The notes: generated by a model from the sequence alone, not told the origin. Numbered from the stretch's first letter, positions 41,433 through 52,647 are shown. The stretch: DNA of 64,000 nt from an uncultured Chloroflexia bacterium (GCA_963713975.1 OY970218.1:448001-512000), one strand, 5' to 3'. Program-made: numbers and translations.

Positions 41433-41455
41433 GCCCGCCCGCCAAGGGCCGAGGG

Positions 41456-42808
41456 TCAGACGACGACCAGCCGGTCCCTGCCGGCGTCCTTGGCCTCGTA
41501 CAGGGCACGATCCGCGAGCGCGACCAGGCCATCCGGCGTCTCGACGGTGTCGCGGAAGGTCGTGGCGCCCAGGCTCACGGTCACGCTCAGCCGGCTGTCG
41601 CCGTCCTGGACGGTCGTCTCGGACACGGCGCGCCGGATCCGCTCGCCGATCTGGATGACATCCTCCCGACCGGCCCCCGGCAGCAGGACGAGGAACTCCT
41701 CGCCGCCGTAGCGGACCAGGACGTCGCCCTCGCGGACGACCCGCCGGCAGGCACCGGCGACTGCCCGCAGGACGCGGTCGCCGACCAGGTGGCCATAGGT
41801 GTCGTTGACGGCCTTGAAGTGGTCGATGTCCACCATCAGGATGCCGAATGGCGCCTCCGCGCGGACGGCTCGCGAGTACTCCTCGCGCAGACGGCCCAGC
41901 CCGAAACGGCGGTTGTAGGCGTCGGTCAACGGGTCGATGGCAGCCAGGCGCTCGAGCCGGTCGTGGGCAAGCGCGTTGTTCACGGCGAGCCCGAGATCGA
42001 TCCGCAGGTGGTCCACCAGCTCGATGTCGTCACGCTCGAAGGCGGCCGAGGTCGCGAGGACGATCACGCCCAGGGGGATGCTCTTGAACGCGACCGGGAC
42101 GACCAGGATCTCCCGGGCCGCGACCCCCACCAGGACCGAGTCCACGACCAACTCCTCGGCACCGACCCGCAGACGCTCGATCTGGCCCAGCCGGATCACA
42201 CGTCGGACGTGGTCGTTGGCGGCCAGCGTCTCTGGCGTGCGGATGCCGTGGCTCGCCAGGGGGACGAGCTCGTCGTCGCGCACGACGAGCATGGCGCCCG
42301 CGTCCGAGGCGGTGTGCTGGAGCAGGCCGTCGAGCGCCGCCGAGCCCAGGCCCTCGAGCTCGAACTCCCGCGACAGGACGCCGCTGAAATCGTGCATCGC
42401 GGTCTCCACCGCGTGGCTCTTGGCAAGGGTGCGGATCAGGCTGTTGAAGGCCCCGGCCGTGGCGCCGGCCTCATCGTCGGAGTCGACCGCCAGCGCGCAG
42501 CGCTCAGGATCGCAGCCGGTCCAGTCCTGCGTGTACACGGCGGAGGCCAGCTGTGACTCGACGCTCGTCATCGCCGTGGCGAGCGCCCGGAAGCGGCGTC
42601 CGACCACGAGCCGGGCCAGGGCGAAGTTCATGGCTCCGACGGCGAGCCCTGCTGACAGGGTTGCCGCGTAGAACATCGGTGTCATCACCGAGGCGGCCGG
42701 CAGCCCGAGCAACAGGCAGAAGGGCGGGAAGACGAGGCCGATCACGAGACCGAACCCGGTCATCCAGATCGCCAGGTCGGTGAACACGCGGTTCGTGATG
42801 CGGGGCAC
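41456..42808 (-). CDS. Membrane-bound diguanylate cyclase with GAF domain
   Basis: Two TM helices, HAMP-like linker, GAF, DPLT..YNRR, DIDHFK.VND.YGH..GD, RxxD I-site (REGD), YGGEEF. Confidence 0.92.
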   Translation of the reverse strand: MPRITNRVFTDLAIWMTGFGLVIGLVFPPFCLLLGLPAASVMTPMFYAATLSAGLAVGAMNFALARLVVGRRFRALATAMTSVESQLASAVYTQDWTGCDPERCALAVDSDDEAGATAGAFNSLIRTLAKSHAVETAMHDFSGVLSREFELEGLGSAALDGLLQHTASDAGAMLVVRDDELVPLASHGIRTPETLAANDHVRRVIRLGQIERLRVGAEELVVDSVLVGVAAREILVVPVAFKSIPLGVIVLATSAAFERDDIELVDHLRIDLGLAVNNALAHDRLERLAAIDPLTDAYNRRFGLGRLREEYSRAVRAEAPFGILMVDIDHFKAVNDTYGHLVGDRVLRAVAGACRRVVREGDVLVRYGGEEFLVLLPGAGREDVIQIGERIRRAVSETTVQDGDSRLSVTVSLGATTFRDTVETPDGLVALADRALYEAKDAGRDRLVVV

Positions 42809-42952
42809 GGTGGTGGCTCCTACTGGTACTGAACGCTCAAGGGCAACGCTGACGGCTGCGCGGCGATGTCGCCATGAGGCGGAGGTCCGGTGGGGTCCGG
42901 TACGGTTGGCTACCCGAGTCGGGTCGGACGATCCCGGCGCGGACCCGGCCAG

Positions 42953-44218
42953 TCAGGCGGACGGCAGTCCCGGGACCTCGGCCTCGTGCGCGATCAGAGC
43001 AAACCGGCGCCAAAGGACGACCACGAGCAGCGCCGACCCGATGAACCCGAACCAGAACGGCGAGGTGATCCCGAACTCGCGCGCCAGCAGCCCGCCAATC
43101 GGCGTCCCGACCACGATCCCGGCGAACACGGCGACCGTGTAGACACCGGTCACCCGTCCGAGCATCGCGTCGGGCACGGCACGCTGGCGAACCACCGTGG
43201 ACGTCGTCCCCCAGACGAATGCGTGGGCCCCGAACACGACGAAGGTCGCGAGCGCCACGGTCGCCGACGTCGTCAGCGCCAGCACGAGGTGGGTCACGGT
43301 CTCGATCATGAGGCCGACGCGCATGATGTCGCCCAGCGCAAACCGCCGCTCCAGGCGCCCGTAGGACGCCGTCCCGATGATCCCGCCCAGGGCCATCGCC
43401 GTGGTCAGCAGACCGAACCCGACGTCGCTCATGCCCAGCCGCTCCTGCGCATAGAGGACGAGCACGGACCACGCCGCCCCGAACGTGACGTTGAATGCGA
43501 AGATCGTGAGGGCCAGGGTGCGCATGGGCGGATGGGCCATGAGCCAGCGCAGGCCGTCGGCCATGTCCTTCCGGAGGCCGGCGGGCGTCCGCTCGGGCTC
43601 GGGCCCGTCCCGCGGACGGAGGACGATCCGCGACACGAGCACGGCCCCCAGCAGGAAGCACACCGAGTCCACGGCAAACGGCAGCGCCATGCCGACGGCG
43701 AACAGGAACGCGCCGACGGGTGGCATCAGCAGCTGGTTGGTCAGCAGGAACGCTCCTTGGAGCCGCGCGTTCGCGACGCCCAGATCCTCTCGCCGCACCA
43801 GGCGCGGGAGCAGGCTGCCGGTGCCCACGTCCGCGAAGGTCTCCGCTGTTCCCAGGACGAACAGCGACAGCAGGACCACCGCGATGCTCACCGAGCCGCT
43901 CACGATGGTCGCGGCGAGGACGGCCAGAACCGCGGCCCGGACCAGGTTGACCCCGGCCACGATCCGGCGGCGGTCATGGCGGTCGGCGATCGCACCCGCC
44001 GGAACCCCGAACAGCAGCTGGGGCAGGACTTGGGCCATGAGCGCCATCGAGACCAGGAGGGGGTCGCGGGTCTGCGATGCCACCAGCAGCGGCCCGGCGG
44101 CGAGCGCCACGCCATCGCCGACGTTGGTGATGACGGACGAGGCAAGGAGCCAGCGGAAGCTGCGGCCCAGCCGCGCGGGGGCAATGGTCTCGACGACGGG
44201 CGTCAGCGGGGAGGGCAC
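42953..44218 (-). CDS. MFS transporter (DHA3-like)
   Basis: About 12 TM helices, AGAIADRHDRRR motif A; start reset to GTG 44218, 7 nt after TATCCT. Confidence 0.9.
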   Translation of the reverse strand: MPSPLTPVVETIAPARLGRSFRWLLASSVITNVGDGVALAAGPLLVASQTRDPLLVSMALMAQVLPQLLFGVPAGAIADRHDRRRIVAGVNLVRAAVLAVLAATIVSGSVSIAVVLLSLFVLGTAETFADVGTGSLLPRLVRREDLGVANARLQGAFLLTNQLLMPPVGAFLFAVGMALPFAVDSVCFLLGAVLVSRIVLRPRDGPEPERTPAGLRKDMADGLRWLMAHPPMRTLALTIFAFNVTFGAAWSVLVLYAQERLGMSDVGFGLLTTAMALGGIIGTASYGRLERRFALGDIMRVGLMIETVTHLVLALTTSATVALATFVVFGAHAFVWGTTSTVVRQRAVPDAMLGRVTGVYTVAVFAGIVVGTPIGGLLAREFGITSPFWFGFIGSALLVVVLWRRFALIAHEAEVPGLPSA

Positions 44219-44256
44219 GCGGCGCAGGATAGCCGCCCCGGTGTCAGGAGTGACAA

Positions 44257-45009
44257 TCAGCGGGCCGCGACGGTGCCCTCGTGGAGCGTCACGATGCCGC
44301 CGGTCAGGCCCTGCCAGGTCACGTCCACGAGGCCCGCCTCGCCCATGATCTCCGCGATGCGCTCCGGCGCCGGGTAGGCCTGCACGCTCCGGACGAGGTA
44401 GCCGTAGGCAGCCCCCTGGCCGGCGATCCTGCCGATGATCGGGACGATCCGGTCGAACCACCAGCGCATGAAGCGGGCCAGCCTGGACCGCGGTCGCGCG
44501 ATCTCGAGGCACAGGACCCTGCCGCCGGGCCGGACGGATCGCGCCATCTCCGCAAACCCCTGCCGGTAGTCGGGCAGGTTGCGCATGCCGAAGGCGATCG
44601 TCGCGGCGTCGAAGGTGCCGTCCTCGGTCGGCAGGCTGAGCGCGTCGCCGACCACGTAGTCCAGCCCGGCCCGGCCCGCGAACCGCTGCTGCGCCACCGC
44701 GGTCATCCCCGGCGAGAGGTCCACGCCCAGCACCCGGCCGAACGGCTGCACCCGCTGGTGCAGGTCGGCCGCCACCTTGCCGGTCCCGGAGGCGACGTCC
44801 AGCGCGGCGCCACCTGGCTGCAGACGCGCGTGCGCGACCAGCCGCCTGCGCCAGCGCGGCTCCTGGAACGCGGAGATCAGGAGGTTCATCAGGTCGTAGC
44901 GGCCTGCGATCCGGTCGAACATGACCTGGACCTCCGGGGACGCGGCCGCGTTGCCGCCTCCGGTCGAGGCGCCGGACGGCGTGTGGTCGGGCGGGAGCAG
45001 GGCAGTCAT
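44257..45009 (-). CDS. menG: Demethylmenaquinone methyltransferase
   Basis: MFDRIA.RYDLMN, LDVASGTG, GDA.SLP, IAFGMRN, Y.YLV.SV..YP. Confidence 0.93.
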   Translation of the reverse strand: MTALLPPDHTPSGASTGGGNAAASPEVQVMFDRIAGRYDLMNLLISAFQEPRWRRRLVAHARLQPGGAALDVASGTGKVAADLHQRVQPFGRVLGVDLSPGMTAVAQQRFAGRAGLDYVVGDALSLPTEDGTFDAATIAFGMRNLPDYRQGFAEMARSVRPGGRVLCLEIARPRSRLARFMRWWFDRIVPIIGRIAGQGAAYGYLVRSVQAYPAPERIAEIMGEAGLVDVTWQGLTGGIVTLHEGTVAAR

Positions 45010-47213
45010 GCGGGGAGCTCCAGGGAGGATCGGACGGCGGTGGCCACGACGCCGGGCTGGGTGATGGGGGCTGGATGGGCGAGGCCCTCGAGGGTATCCC
45101 GGCGGGCCCCCGCGATGCGTGCGGCGAGGGCGTCGGCGATAGGCGCGTAGAACGGCTCGCTGGCGCCGGCGGTGAGGATCGCGACACGGGCCCGGATCCG
45201 GACCAGTCCGGCGGGGTCGAGACCGGCCATGCCGGCGTCCGCGAGGGCGCTGTCACCCTCACGTTCGAGGAAGGCCCGGGCTCGCGGCGAGAGACGGTCC
45301 CAGCCCGCGTCACCGGCGACGGCCCGCAGGAACGTCTCTGCAGCAGCGGGCGCTCCCCCATCCCGGTGGGCCCGCATCACGGCGGCAGCCAGGTCCCGGA
45401 AGCCCGCGAGCGCGCCGGGATCCGCGAGCGGCGCGTACGGCGGCTCGTACGCGACGACGGCCGTGACCCGGTCCGGGTGGCGCGCGGCGAGCTCCAGCCC
45501 AAGCACCCCTCCGAAGCTCACGCCGACGATCGCCGACCTCTCGATCCCCCGCGCGTCGAGGTAGGCGATGGCGTCCTCGACGTGGACGGCGATGTCCAGC
45601 GGACGAGGTCGGGCGAGGCGGCTCGAACCGCTGCCGCGGCGATCGAGGGCGTGGACGGTGACGTCCCCCGGCGCCACCATGGCGGCCGCCAGACGATCGA
45701 GCTGGCCCGCGGTGGAGAGGGTGCCGTGGAGGAGGAGGACCTGGATCGGACCCGAGCCGGTGACCCGCCAGCCGATGGCGTCGCCGTCGGGCCTGGCCAG
45801 CTCGCCCGCGGCCCCGCCGGCGACCAGAGCGCGGACCGCCTCGCGGCGGAGCTTGCCGCCCGGGGTCCGGGGCAGGGCACCGAGGCGGATGTATGCGGCG
45901 GGGACCTTGTACCCGGCGAGGGACATCCTCGCGTGAGTCGCGAGGGCACCATCACCGGGATCCCGCGCCCCGGGGGCAAGGACGACGGCGGCGACCGGGA
46001 CCTGGCCCCAGGTGGCGTCGGGCCGGGCGACGGCCGCGGCCTCCGCGACGGCAGGATGCTCCTCCAGGACGGCCTCGATCTCGGCCGGGCTGACGTTCTC
46101 CCCGCCTCGCACGATCCTGTCGATGCGGCGATCCACGACGTACAACCGGCCGTCGGCATCGAGACGACCGAGATCGCCGGTCCGGATGGGGTCGTCGGCC
46201 GATGCAGGGGCGCTGGCGTCACCAACGTAGCCCGAGAAGCGGGACGTGGCCTGCACGATGATCTCGCCCACCCCGTCAGATCCCTCGTCGGCGATCGCGA
46301 GATGCACCCCGGGGAGCGGCGCGCCGGCCGAGGCGGGCTGGTCCCAGGCATCCTCCGTGGCGAGCGCCGTGGCACCGGACGCGGTCTCCGACAGGCCGTA
46401 CGTGGGCACGACCGGCCATCCCGCCCTGAGTGCCCGGGTGACCAGCGCGGGCGGGATGGGGCCGCCGCCGAGCAGGACGGCCCCGAGCGTCATCGGGGGC
46501 GGCTCGGCAGGCGCGGCATCGAGCACGCGGGCCAGCTGCGCCGGCACCACCGAGACATGGCTCACGGTCGGCACCCCGCCGCGGATCGCCGCGAGCAGCG
46601 CGTCGGGGTCGTGCGGCGGCAGGATCCGGACGGGGACGCGTTGGCGGATCGCACGCCACAGCACGCCGAGGCCGGCGACGTGCGCCAGGCCCAGCGGCAG
46701 CGCCCAGCCGGTCGCCCGGGGCAGTGCCGCGAGCCACGCGTCGGCACTCGAGGAGAGCGCCCTCGCGGACAGCACGACGCCCCTGGGCCGGCCCGTTGTG
46801 CCGGAAGTGAGCACGATCGCGGCCGGGTCCTCGGGATCACGTTCGGCCAGTGAGGAAGACGGGACCGGCGTGTCCGCGGCGGCGATCCCGGCCAGGCGCA
46901 GCACGAGCGCCGGTTCCAGGAGCTCGAGCGCTGTCGCGGTCTCGCGCGCCGTCAGGCCGGCAGGGACGGGCGTCGCCACGGCTCCCGCCCGCAGGATGCC
47001 CAGCAGGGCAGCGGCATCGCGACCGCTCGACGGGCCGATGAGCGCGACCCGGTCACCGCGTCCGACGCCAGCCCCGGCGAGCGACGCCGCGACCGACGAG
47101 GCGAGCCCGTCCAGCTCGGACCAGGTCAGGACAACGCTGCCGTCGAGGATCGCCGGCTCGTCGCCGTGATCGCGGGCGTGGTCGGCCACCAGCCGGTCCG
47201 GCGACCATGTCAT
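45006..47213 (-). CDS. menE: O-succinylbenzoate-CoA ligase fused to a C-terminal alpha/beta hydrolase
   Basis: LTSGTTGRPRG, TYGLSET, TGDLG, GGENV.P.EIE, LPRT..GKL, then LLHG, DRRG.G.S, GVSFG, LAHPAP in the same frame. Confidence 0.88.
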   Translation of the reverse strand: MTWSPDRLVADHARDHGDEPAILDGSVVLTWSELDGLASSVAASLAGAGVGRGDRVALIGPSSGRDAAALLGILRAGAVATPVPAGLTARETATALELLEPALVLRLAGIAAADTPVPSSSLAERDPEDPAAIVLTSGTTGRPRGVVLSARALSSSADAWLAALPRATGWALPLGLAHVAGLGVLWRAIRQRVPVRILPPHDPDALLAAIRGGVPTVSHVSVVPAQLARVLDAAPAEPPPMTLGAVLLGGGPIPPALVTRALRAGWPVVPTYGLSETASGATALATEDAWDQPASAGAPLPGVHLAIADEGSDGVGEIIVQATSRFSGYVGDASAPASADDPIRTGDLGRLDADGRLYVVDRRIDRIVRGGENVSPAEIEAVLEEHPAVAEAAAVARPDATWGQVPVAAVVLAPGARDPGDGALATHARMSLAGYKVPAAYIRLGALPRTPGGKLRREAVRALVAGGAAGELARPDGDAIGWRVTGSGPIQVLLLHGTLSTAGQLDRLAAAMVAPGDVTVHALDRRGSGSSRLARPRPLDIAVHVEDAIAYLDARGIERSAIVGVSFGGVLGLELAARHPDRVTAVVAYEPPYAPLADPGALAGFRDLAAAVMRAHRDGGAPAAAETFLRAVAGDAGWDRLSPRARAFLEREGDSALADAGMAGLDPAGLVRIRARVAILTAGASEPFYAPIADALAARIAGARRDTLEGLAHPAPITQPGVVATAVRSSLELPA

Positions 47214-48292
47214 CGGCCCATGCGCCGGTAGCGCTCCACCGCCGCCATGTCGACCGTCACGCCCATCCGGCCCGTCCCGCGACCACCCGGTGCGCGCATC
47301 CGCCCGCCGTCGATGAGGAACGGCCGGACGATCAGGTCATCCTCGAGCAGGTCGGCCGTGGCCAGCCCGTGGTCGCGCTCGCCGGCGGGCCACCCGTCCA
47401 CGTCCGGGAGCGCCGCCGCGCAGGCGAGGCCCGCGGCAAGACCGATCCCCGTCTCGAACATGGAGCTGATCACCACGGGCACCCCATGATCCGCCGCGAG
47501 CCGCGCGATCTCCGCCACCGCCACCGGCCCGCCGACGCGCCCGGGCTTCACGACCAGCACGTCCGCCGCGCCGGCATCGAGCACCACGCGGGCCGCGGCA
47601 ACGGACGACACCGCCTCGTCGGCCGCCACCGGCGTTCCCACGCGGGCCCTGAGCCTGGCCATCTCCTCGACGGATCCCGGCGGCAGCGGCTGCTCGACGT
47701 ACTGCAGGCCGATCCCCGCCATCGCGCGCAGCCGCCGGGTCGCGGTCCGCAGGTCCCACGTCCCGTTGACGTCGAGACGGAGCGCCACGTCCTCCGGGAT
47801 CGATCCCCGGATTGCGCCCAGCCGCGCCAGCAGCGCCGCGGTGCCGTCCCGTGGCGCCGCCTTGAGCTTGAGCGTGCCGTACCCGGCCGCGACCGCCTGG
47901 ACCGCCGCCTCCACAGCGGCCTCGGGGTCCCCGGCACCGATCGTCGCGTTCACTCCGACCGTCCTGCGGGCCGACGGTTCCCCAGGGCGCCTGGCCGACA
48001 TGTCCTGCCGCGCCGCGTCCAGCGCGGCCCTGAACGCGAGACCCGCAGCCCCGGCCCGGTCAATCAGGGCCGAAGACGGCGGAAGCCCCGACGCGACGAC
48101 ATCGGTCAGCAGCGCCTCGAGAACCGGTGCATCGGCCGGATCGTCGAGGACCGCCTCGCCCCAGCCGGTGCGCCCACGGGCATTCTCCAGCCGGAGCAGC
48201 CAGGACTGTCGTGCGGACCACCTCCCCGCTGCCGTGGCGAACGGGACGCGGAACGGGACGCGGACACGGTGGATGCGCATCGAGGCGGTCAT
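47210..48292 (-). CDS. menC: O-succinylbenzoate synthase
   Basis: Enolase superfamily: GWGEA, KLK, DVNG, EQP, DEA, VVKP...GG, HGL.T. Confidence 0.9.
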   Translation of the reverse strand: MTASMRIHRVRVPFRVPFATAAGRWSARQSWLLRLENARGRTGWGEAVLDDPADAPVLEALLTDVVASGLPPSSALIDRAGAAGLAFRAALDAARQDMSARRPGEPSARRTVGVNATIGAGDPEAAVEAAVQAVAAGYGTLKLKAAPRDGTAALLARLGAIRGSIPEDVALRLDVNGTWDLRTATRRLRAMAGIGLQYVEQPLPPGSVEEMARLRARVGTPVAADEAVSSVAAARVVLDAGAADVLVVKPGRVGGPVAVAEIARLAADHGVPVVISSMFETGIGLAAGLACAAALPDVDGWPAGERDHGLATADLLEDDLIVRPFLIDGGRMRAPGGRGTGRMGVTVDMAAVERYRRMGR

Positions 48293-49251
48293 CACGCCTG
48301 AGCCCCCAGCGAGAGCCCGCTCAGCGCCAGGCCCAGGGCAAACAGCAGGGCAAATGCGAGCGAGAGCCGCGCCGTCCCCTTGAGGACTAGATTGAGCTCC
48401 CGCGGCTCCTCGAACCCCCGGACGCGGGACAGCAGCGGGCTCGCCATCGGCAGCGTCAGCATCGGCAGCAGGACGAACGGCAGCAGCGGGGCGTCGCCGC
48501 CCGTGGGTGACCAGCCCGCGAGCCAGGCGAGCACCAGCAGCGGCGGCACCACGTAGGCCACCCCGAGCAGGGACCCGAACTCGGCCTGCGTCGCCCGCTT
48601 GCCCATGACCACCGCGAGCGTCCGTTTGCCGGCTGTGGTGTCGGTGGGGATGTCGCGCAGGTTGTTGACGACCAGGATCGCCGTGATCAGGACGCCGGGG
48701 GGAACCGCTGCCACCACGAACAGTGCATCGAGCTCCAGGGCCTGGAGGTATGCGGTCCCAGCCACCGCAACCAGGCCGAAGAAGATGAACACGAACACCT
48801 CGCCCAGCGCGCGATAGCCGTACGGAAACGGACCGCCGGTGTACGCGAGGGCGGCCACGATTGCCAGCGCCCCCAGCAGCAGGAGGACGATGCCGCCCAC
48901 GTAGACGAGCCACAGGCCCACGAGGGCGGCGAGGCCGATCGTGATGACGATGGCGGCCTCGAGCTGGCGCTCGGTCACGAGGCCGGAGGCCGCCACGCGC
49001 ACCGGCCCTTGGCGATCGGGTGTGTCGGCGCCGCGCCGGTGGTCGGACAGGTCGTTCGCGAAGTTCGCCACCACCTGGAGCAGCAGCGCCACGAGCACGC
49101 AGCCCAGGGCGGTGTCCACCCTGAACGGCGCGCCGGTGGCCAGGGCGGCACCAAGGCCGACCACGACGCCCGCGACGGCGGCCGGCAGCGTGTGGGGACG
49201 AGCGGCCTGGACCCAGATCGAACGCGTCGAGGGCCGCTCCGGGGCCGTCAT
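48292..49251 (-). CDS. menA: 1,4-dihydroxy-2-naphthoate prenyltransferase
   Basis: W..AARP.TL, NFAND.SD...G.D, YTGGP.PYGY..LGE, VNNLRD..TD..AGK.TLAV. Confidence 0.94.
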   Translation of the reverse strand: MTAPERPSTRSIWVQAARPHTLPAAVAGVVVGLGAALATGAPFRVDTALGCVLVALLLQVVANFANDLSDHRRGADTPDRQGPVRVAASGLVTERQLEAAIVITIGLAALVGLWLVYVGGIVLLLLGALAIVAALAYTGGPFPYGYRALGEVFVFIFFGLVAVAGTAYLQALELDALFVVAAVPPGVLITAILVVNNLRDIPTDTTAGKRTLAVVMGKRATQAEFGSLLGVAYVVPPLLVLAWLAGWSPTGGDAPLLPFVLLPMLTLPMASPLLSRVRGFEEPRELNLVLKGTARLSLAFALLFALGLALSGLSLGAQA

Positions 49252-50081
49252 CACGGGCGCCGCGGGTACTTGCGGTAGTCGGCCGGGCGCTTCTCGAGGA
49301 ACGCACGCGAGCCCTCGTGCGCCTCGTCGGTCGTGTAGTACAGGCCGGTCGCGTTGCCCGCGAACTCCTGGAGCCCGGCCAGCCCGTCGGTGGCGACGAG
49401 GAACGCCGACTTGAGGAACCGGATCGCCGTAGGGCTCATGTCCAGGATCTCGTCGGCCCACTGCACGCCCTCGGCCTCGAGGTCGGCAAGCGGCACGACC
49501 TTGTTCACGAGGTTCATCGCCAGCGCCTCCGCGCCGGTGTACTGGCGGCACAGGAACCAGATCTCCTTGGCCTTCTTGTCGCCCACGAGCCGCGCGAGCA
49601 GCCCTACGCCGAACCCCGCGTCGAAGCTGCCGACCCTGGGCCCCACCTGGCCGAAGACCGCGTTGTCGCTGGCGATCGACATGTCGCACACGATGTGGAG
49701 CACGTGGCCGCCACCGATCGCGTACCCGTTGACGAGGGCGATGACCGGGATCGGCAGGGAGCGGATCTGGCGCTGGAGGTCAAGGACGTTGAGGCGGGCG
49801 ACGCCGTCCGTGTCGAGGTAGCCGCCCTCGTGGCTCTTGTACTTCTGGTCGCCGCCCGAGCAGAAGGCCTTGTCCCCCTCGCCGGTCAGCAGGACACAGC
49901 CGACCGAGGCGTCGTCGCGGATGCGCGCGAAGGCGTCGATCAGCTCGCGCACCGTCTGCGGCCGGAAGGCATTGCGGACCTCGGGGCGGTTGATCGTGAC
50001 CTTCGCGATCCCGGTGCCCGAGTGCTCGTAGCGGATGTCCCGGTACTCGACGACGGGTGTCCAGGCGACGGGCGTTGTCAT
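49251..50081 (-). CDS. menB: 1,4-dihydroxy-2-naphthoyl-CoA synthase (type I)
   Basis: [45 protein letters not shown]. Confidence 0.97.
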   Translation of the reverse strand: MTTPVAWTPVVEYRDIRYEHSGTGIAKVTINRPEVRNAFRPQTVRELIDAFARIRDDASVGCVLLTGEGDKAFCSGGDQKYKSHEGGYLDTDGVARLNVLDLQRQIRSLPIPVIALVNGYAIGGGHVLHIVCDMSIASDNAVFGQVGPRVGSFDAGFGVGLLARLVGDKKAKEIWFLCRQYTGAEALAMNLVNKVVPLADLEAEGVQWADEILDMSPTAIRFLKSAFLVATDGLAGLQEFAGNATGLYYTTDEAHEGSRAFLEKRPADYRKYPRRP

Positions 50082-50896
50082 GCGGCGGGAACCTCCTGCA
50101 GGAAGTCGAGGGCGAGGCGGCGGAAGGCAGCGGGCTGCTCGAGGTGGGGGGTGTGGCCGGCCAGGTCGATGACCTCCAGGCGGGCGACCGGAATGCCGCG
50201 GGCGACCTGCTCCGCACGGGACCGGCCGACGGCATCGATGGCGCCGGCGACGACGAGGGTGGGGGCCGTGACCTCGGCGAGGCGGTCGTGGAGCGGCTCC
50301 ATAGAACCCTGGCCGGCACCCCGGAGGCTGGCGGCGAGACCGGCGGGCTGGTTGGCGAGCCGGATCGCGCGCTGGCGTGCCGCGGCGGCCGGGGCGAGCG
50401 AGGCCTGGCTGGCGAACACGGGCTGGCGCTCCCAGCGATCGACGAAGGCCTCGATGCCGTCCCGCTCGATGGTCGTGGCGAGGTCCTCGTCCGCGGCGCG
50501 ACGGGCAGCACGTTCCGCGTCGGTCGGCAGGCCCGCGGACGGGCTCTCGAGCACGAGGCGATGGACGGCTTCGGGGTGGGCGACGGCCATCCGGAGGGCG
50601 ATGCGGGCGCCCAGCGAGTAGCCCAGCACGCTCGCGGGCAGCGCCGATGCCCGGGCCAGGATCTCGGCCAGGTCGTCCGCGGTGCGCTCCACCGTCATCT
50701 GGTCCGGGCCTCCTGCCCCGCTGCGGCCGTGGCCCGGGAGATCCACCGTGACGAGGCGGAAGCTCCGAGCGAAGGCGCGCGCGTGGGATCCCCACGACGT
50801 CCCCCGGCCGGTGAACCCGTGGAGCAGCAGGAGTGGCCGGCCAGCGCCGCGGACGCGCACCTCCCAGCGCAGGCCGTCGATCGCGATGTCGTTCAC
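50078..50896 (-). CDS. menH: SHCHC synthase
   Basis: [22 protein letters not shown]...PVFASQ, G.G...PL, GHTPHLE. Confidence 0.92.
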   Translation of the reverse strand: MNDIAIDGLRWEVRVRGAGRPLLLLHGFTGRGTSWGSHARAFARSFRLVTVDLPGHGRSGAGGPDQMTVERTADDLAEILARASALPASVLGYSLGARIALRMAVAHPEAVHRLVLESPSAGLPTDAERAARRAADEDLATTIERDGIEAFVDRWERQPVFASQASLAPAAAARQRAIRLANQPAGLAASLRGAGQGSMEPLHDRLAEVTAPTLVVAGAIDAVGRSRAEQVARGIPVARLEVIDLAGHTPHLEQPAAFRRLALDFLQEVPAA

Positions 50897-52647
50897 GACA
50901 CCAGGCCCGCGAGCACGGCCGCAACCGCCGCGGAGACGTCCCGGTGAAGCTCCAGGTTCCGGGCGCGATCGGTCTGGAGCTCGAGCACGCGGACGCCGGG
51001 TCGGCCGATGGAATCCCGGATCGCGGCGTCGAGGTCTGCCGCGCCCACGACGCGGTGCTCGCCGCCGAGCGCCCTGACGATCGGCCCGCCGTCGATGCCG
51101 TGCGGCGTCCCGAACAGCTCCTCGTAGTGCTCCGGGAGGCCCGTGCCGGGCACGGCGGCCCCAGGTTGCGCCTGGGGCAGGAACGAGAAGATGCCGCCGC
51201 CGTCGTTGTTGACCAGCACGATCGTCGCCGAGAGGCCGTGGAGGCGGGCGGCAACGAGCGCGTTGAGGTCGTGGAGGAACGAGATGTCGCCCACGACCAG
51301 GGCCACCGGGCCTCCCGAGACGGCGGCGGAGCCGAGCGCGGTCGACACCACGCCGTCGATCCCGTTGGCGCCCCGGTTGGAGTGGACGGCAATCGCGCGA
51401 TCCGTGGATGGCAGCCATGCGTCGAGGTCGCGGACCGGCATGGAGCTCCCGGCCCACAGGACGCTCCGGTCCGGGAGGGCGTCGGCCAGGATGGGCCATG
51501 GCGAGCCCTCGAACGGCTCATCGAAGGCGGCGAGCCAGGCCGTCATCGCCGCGTCGGCGGCCCGATCTGCGGCGAGCCAGTCGTCTGTCCAGCCGGGCTC
51601 CGTCCGGCCGGTGGTGCTCGCGGCGGCAAGCCGGGCAGCGGTGTCGGCCGGATCCGCGTGGATGAAGGTCGCGGGCACCAGCGCGGCCTCGCGCCAGCCG
51701 GCATCCCCGTCCAGGATCACGAGCTCCGGCCGGACCCGCGCCAGCAGCTCCAGGACCGGCTTGGAGGTGGGCATGGCGCCCGTCCGCAGGACGAGCTCCG
51801 GTAGGTGCCCGTCGAGCCAGGCGCCCGGGCGGGCGAGCTGGTCGCCGCGCACGATGACGCGCGACCGATCGTGGCGACCGGTCCGCAGGCCCGACAGCGG
51901 GTCGGCGAGGATCGGGAAGCCGGTCACGCGCGCAAGGTCCGCCAGGGCCGCGGGGAGCGCCGGGTCGTCGTCGGGACCGGCGATGATCAGCCCGCGCGCC
52001 ACCGACGCCAGGCGCATCGCCAGCGCGTCGAGCGCCTCGTCGTCCAGCGTCCTGCGTCCCGCGACCACCTCCGCGAACGGGCGCGCGGGCGCGGGACCGT
52101 CCGGCGGGAGCGATGCGTCGGGCAGGAGCGGCTCGCGGAAGGGCAGGTTCACGTGCACGGGACCGGCCGGCCCCGCGCTCGCCACGGCCACCGCCCGCCC
52201 GGCGACCCACCGCCAGTGCGCGAGCGTCCGCGGATCCTCGTCGAGCAGCGGCAGCTCCGTGTACCACTTCGCGGAGCGTCCGTAGAGGTGGTCCTGGTCG
52301 ATCGTCTGGGGTGCGCCGCGGTCGCGCAGCTCCGTCGGCCGGTCCGCCGTCAGCACCACGAGCGGGACGCGGGAGAGCGACGCCTCGACGACCGCCGGTG
52401 CGAACTCCACCACGGCCGTCCCCGACGTCGCCAGGAGCACGACCGGCCGGCGCGACGTCCGGGCCATCCCCAGCGCGAAGAACCCCGCGGCGCGCTCGTC
52501 GTACAGCACCCGGACGCGGATCCGGTCCGAGGCCCGCAACGCGAGGGCGATCGGCGTGGAGCGGGACCCCGGGCAGACCACCGCTTCGCGGATGCCCGCC
52601 GCCTCAAGCTCCTCGACGAACGCCCGCAGCCCGGCCGCGCTGGTCAC
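50893..52647 (-). CDS. menD: SEPHCHC synthase
   Basis: [56 protein letters not shown]. Confidence 0.96.
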   Translation of the reverse strand: MTSAAGLRAFVEELEAAGIREAVVCPGSRSTPIALALRASDRIRVRVLYDERAAGFFALGMARTSRRPVVLLATSGTAVVEFAPAVVEASLSRVPLVVLTADRPTELRDRGAPQTIDQDHLYGRSAKWYTELPLLDEDPRTLAHWRWVAGRAVAVASAGPAGPVHVNLPFREPLLPDASLPPDGPAPARPFAEVVAGRRTLDDEALDALAMRLASVARGLIIAGPDDDPALPAALADLARVTGFPILADPLSGLRTGRHDRSRVIVRGDQLARPGAWLDGHLPELVLRTGAMPTSKPVLELLARVRPELVILDGDAGWREAALVPATFIHADPADTAARLAAASTTGRTEPGWTDDWLAADRAADAAMTAWLAAFDEPFEGSPWPILADALPDRSVLWAGSSMPVRDLDAWLPSTDRAIAVHSNRGANGIDGVVSTALGSAAVSGGPVALVVGDISFLHDLNALVAARLHGLSATIVLVNNDGGGIFSFLPQAQPGAAVPGTGLPEHYEELFGTPHGIDGGPIVRALGGEHRVVGAADLDAAIRDSIGRPGVRVLELQTDRARNLELHRDVSAAVAAVLAGLVS

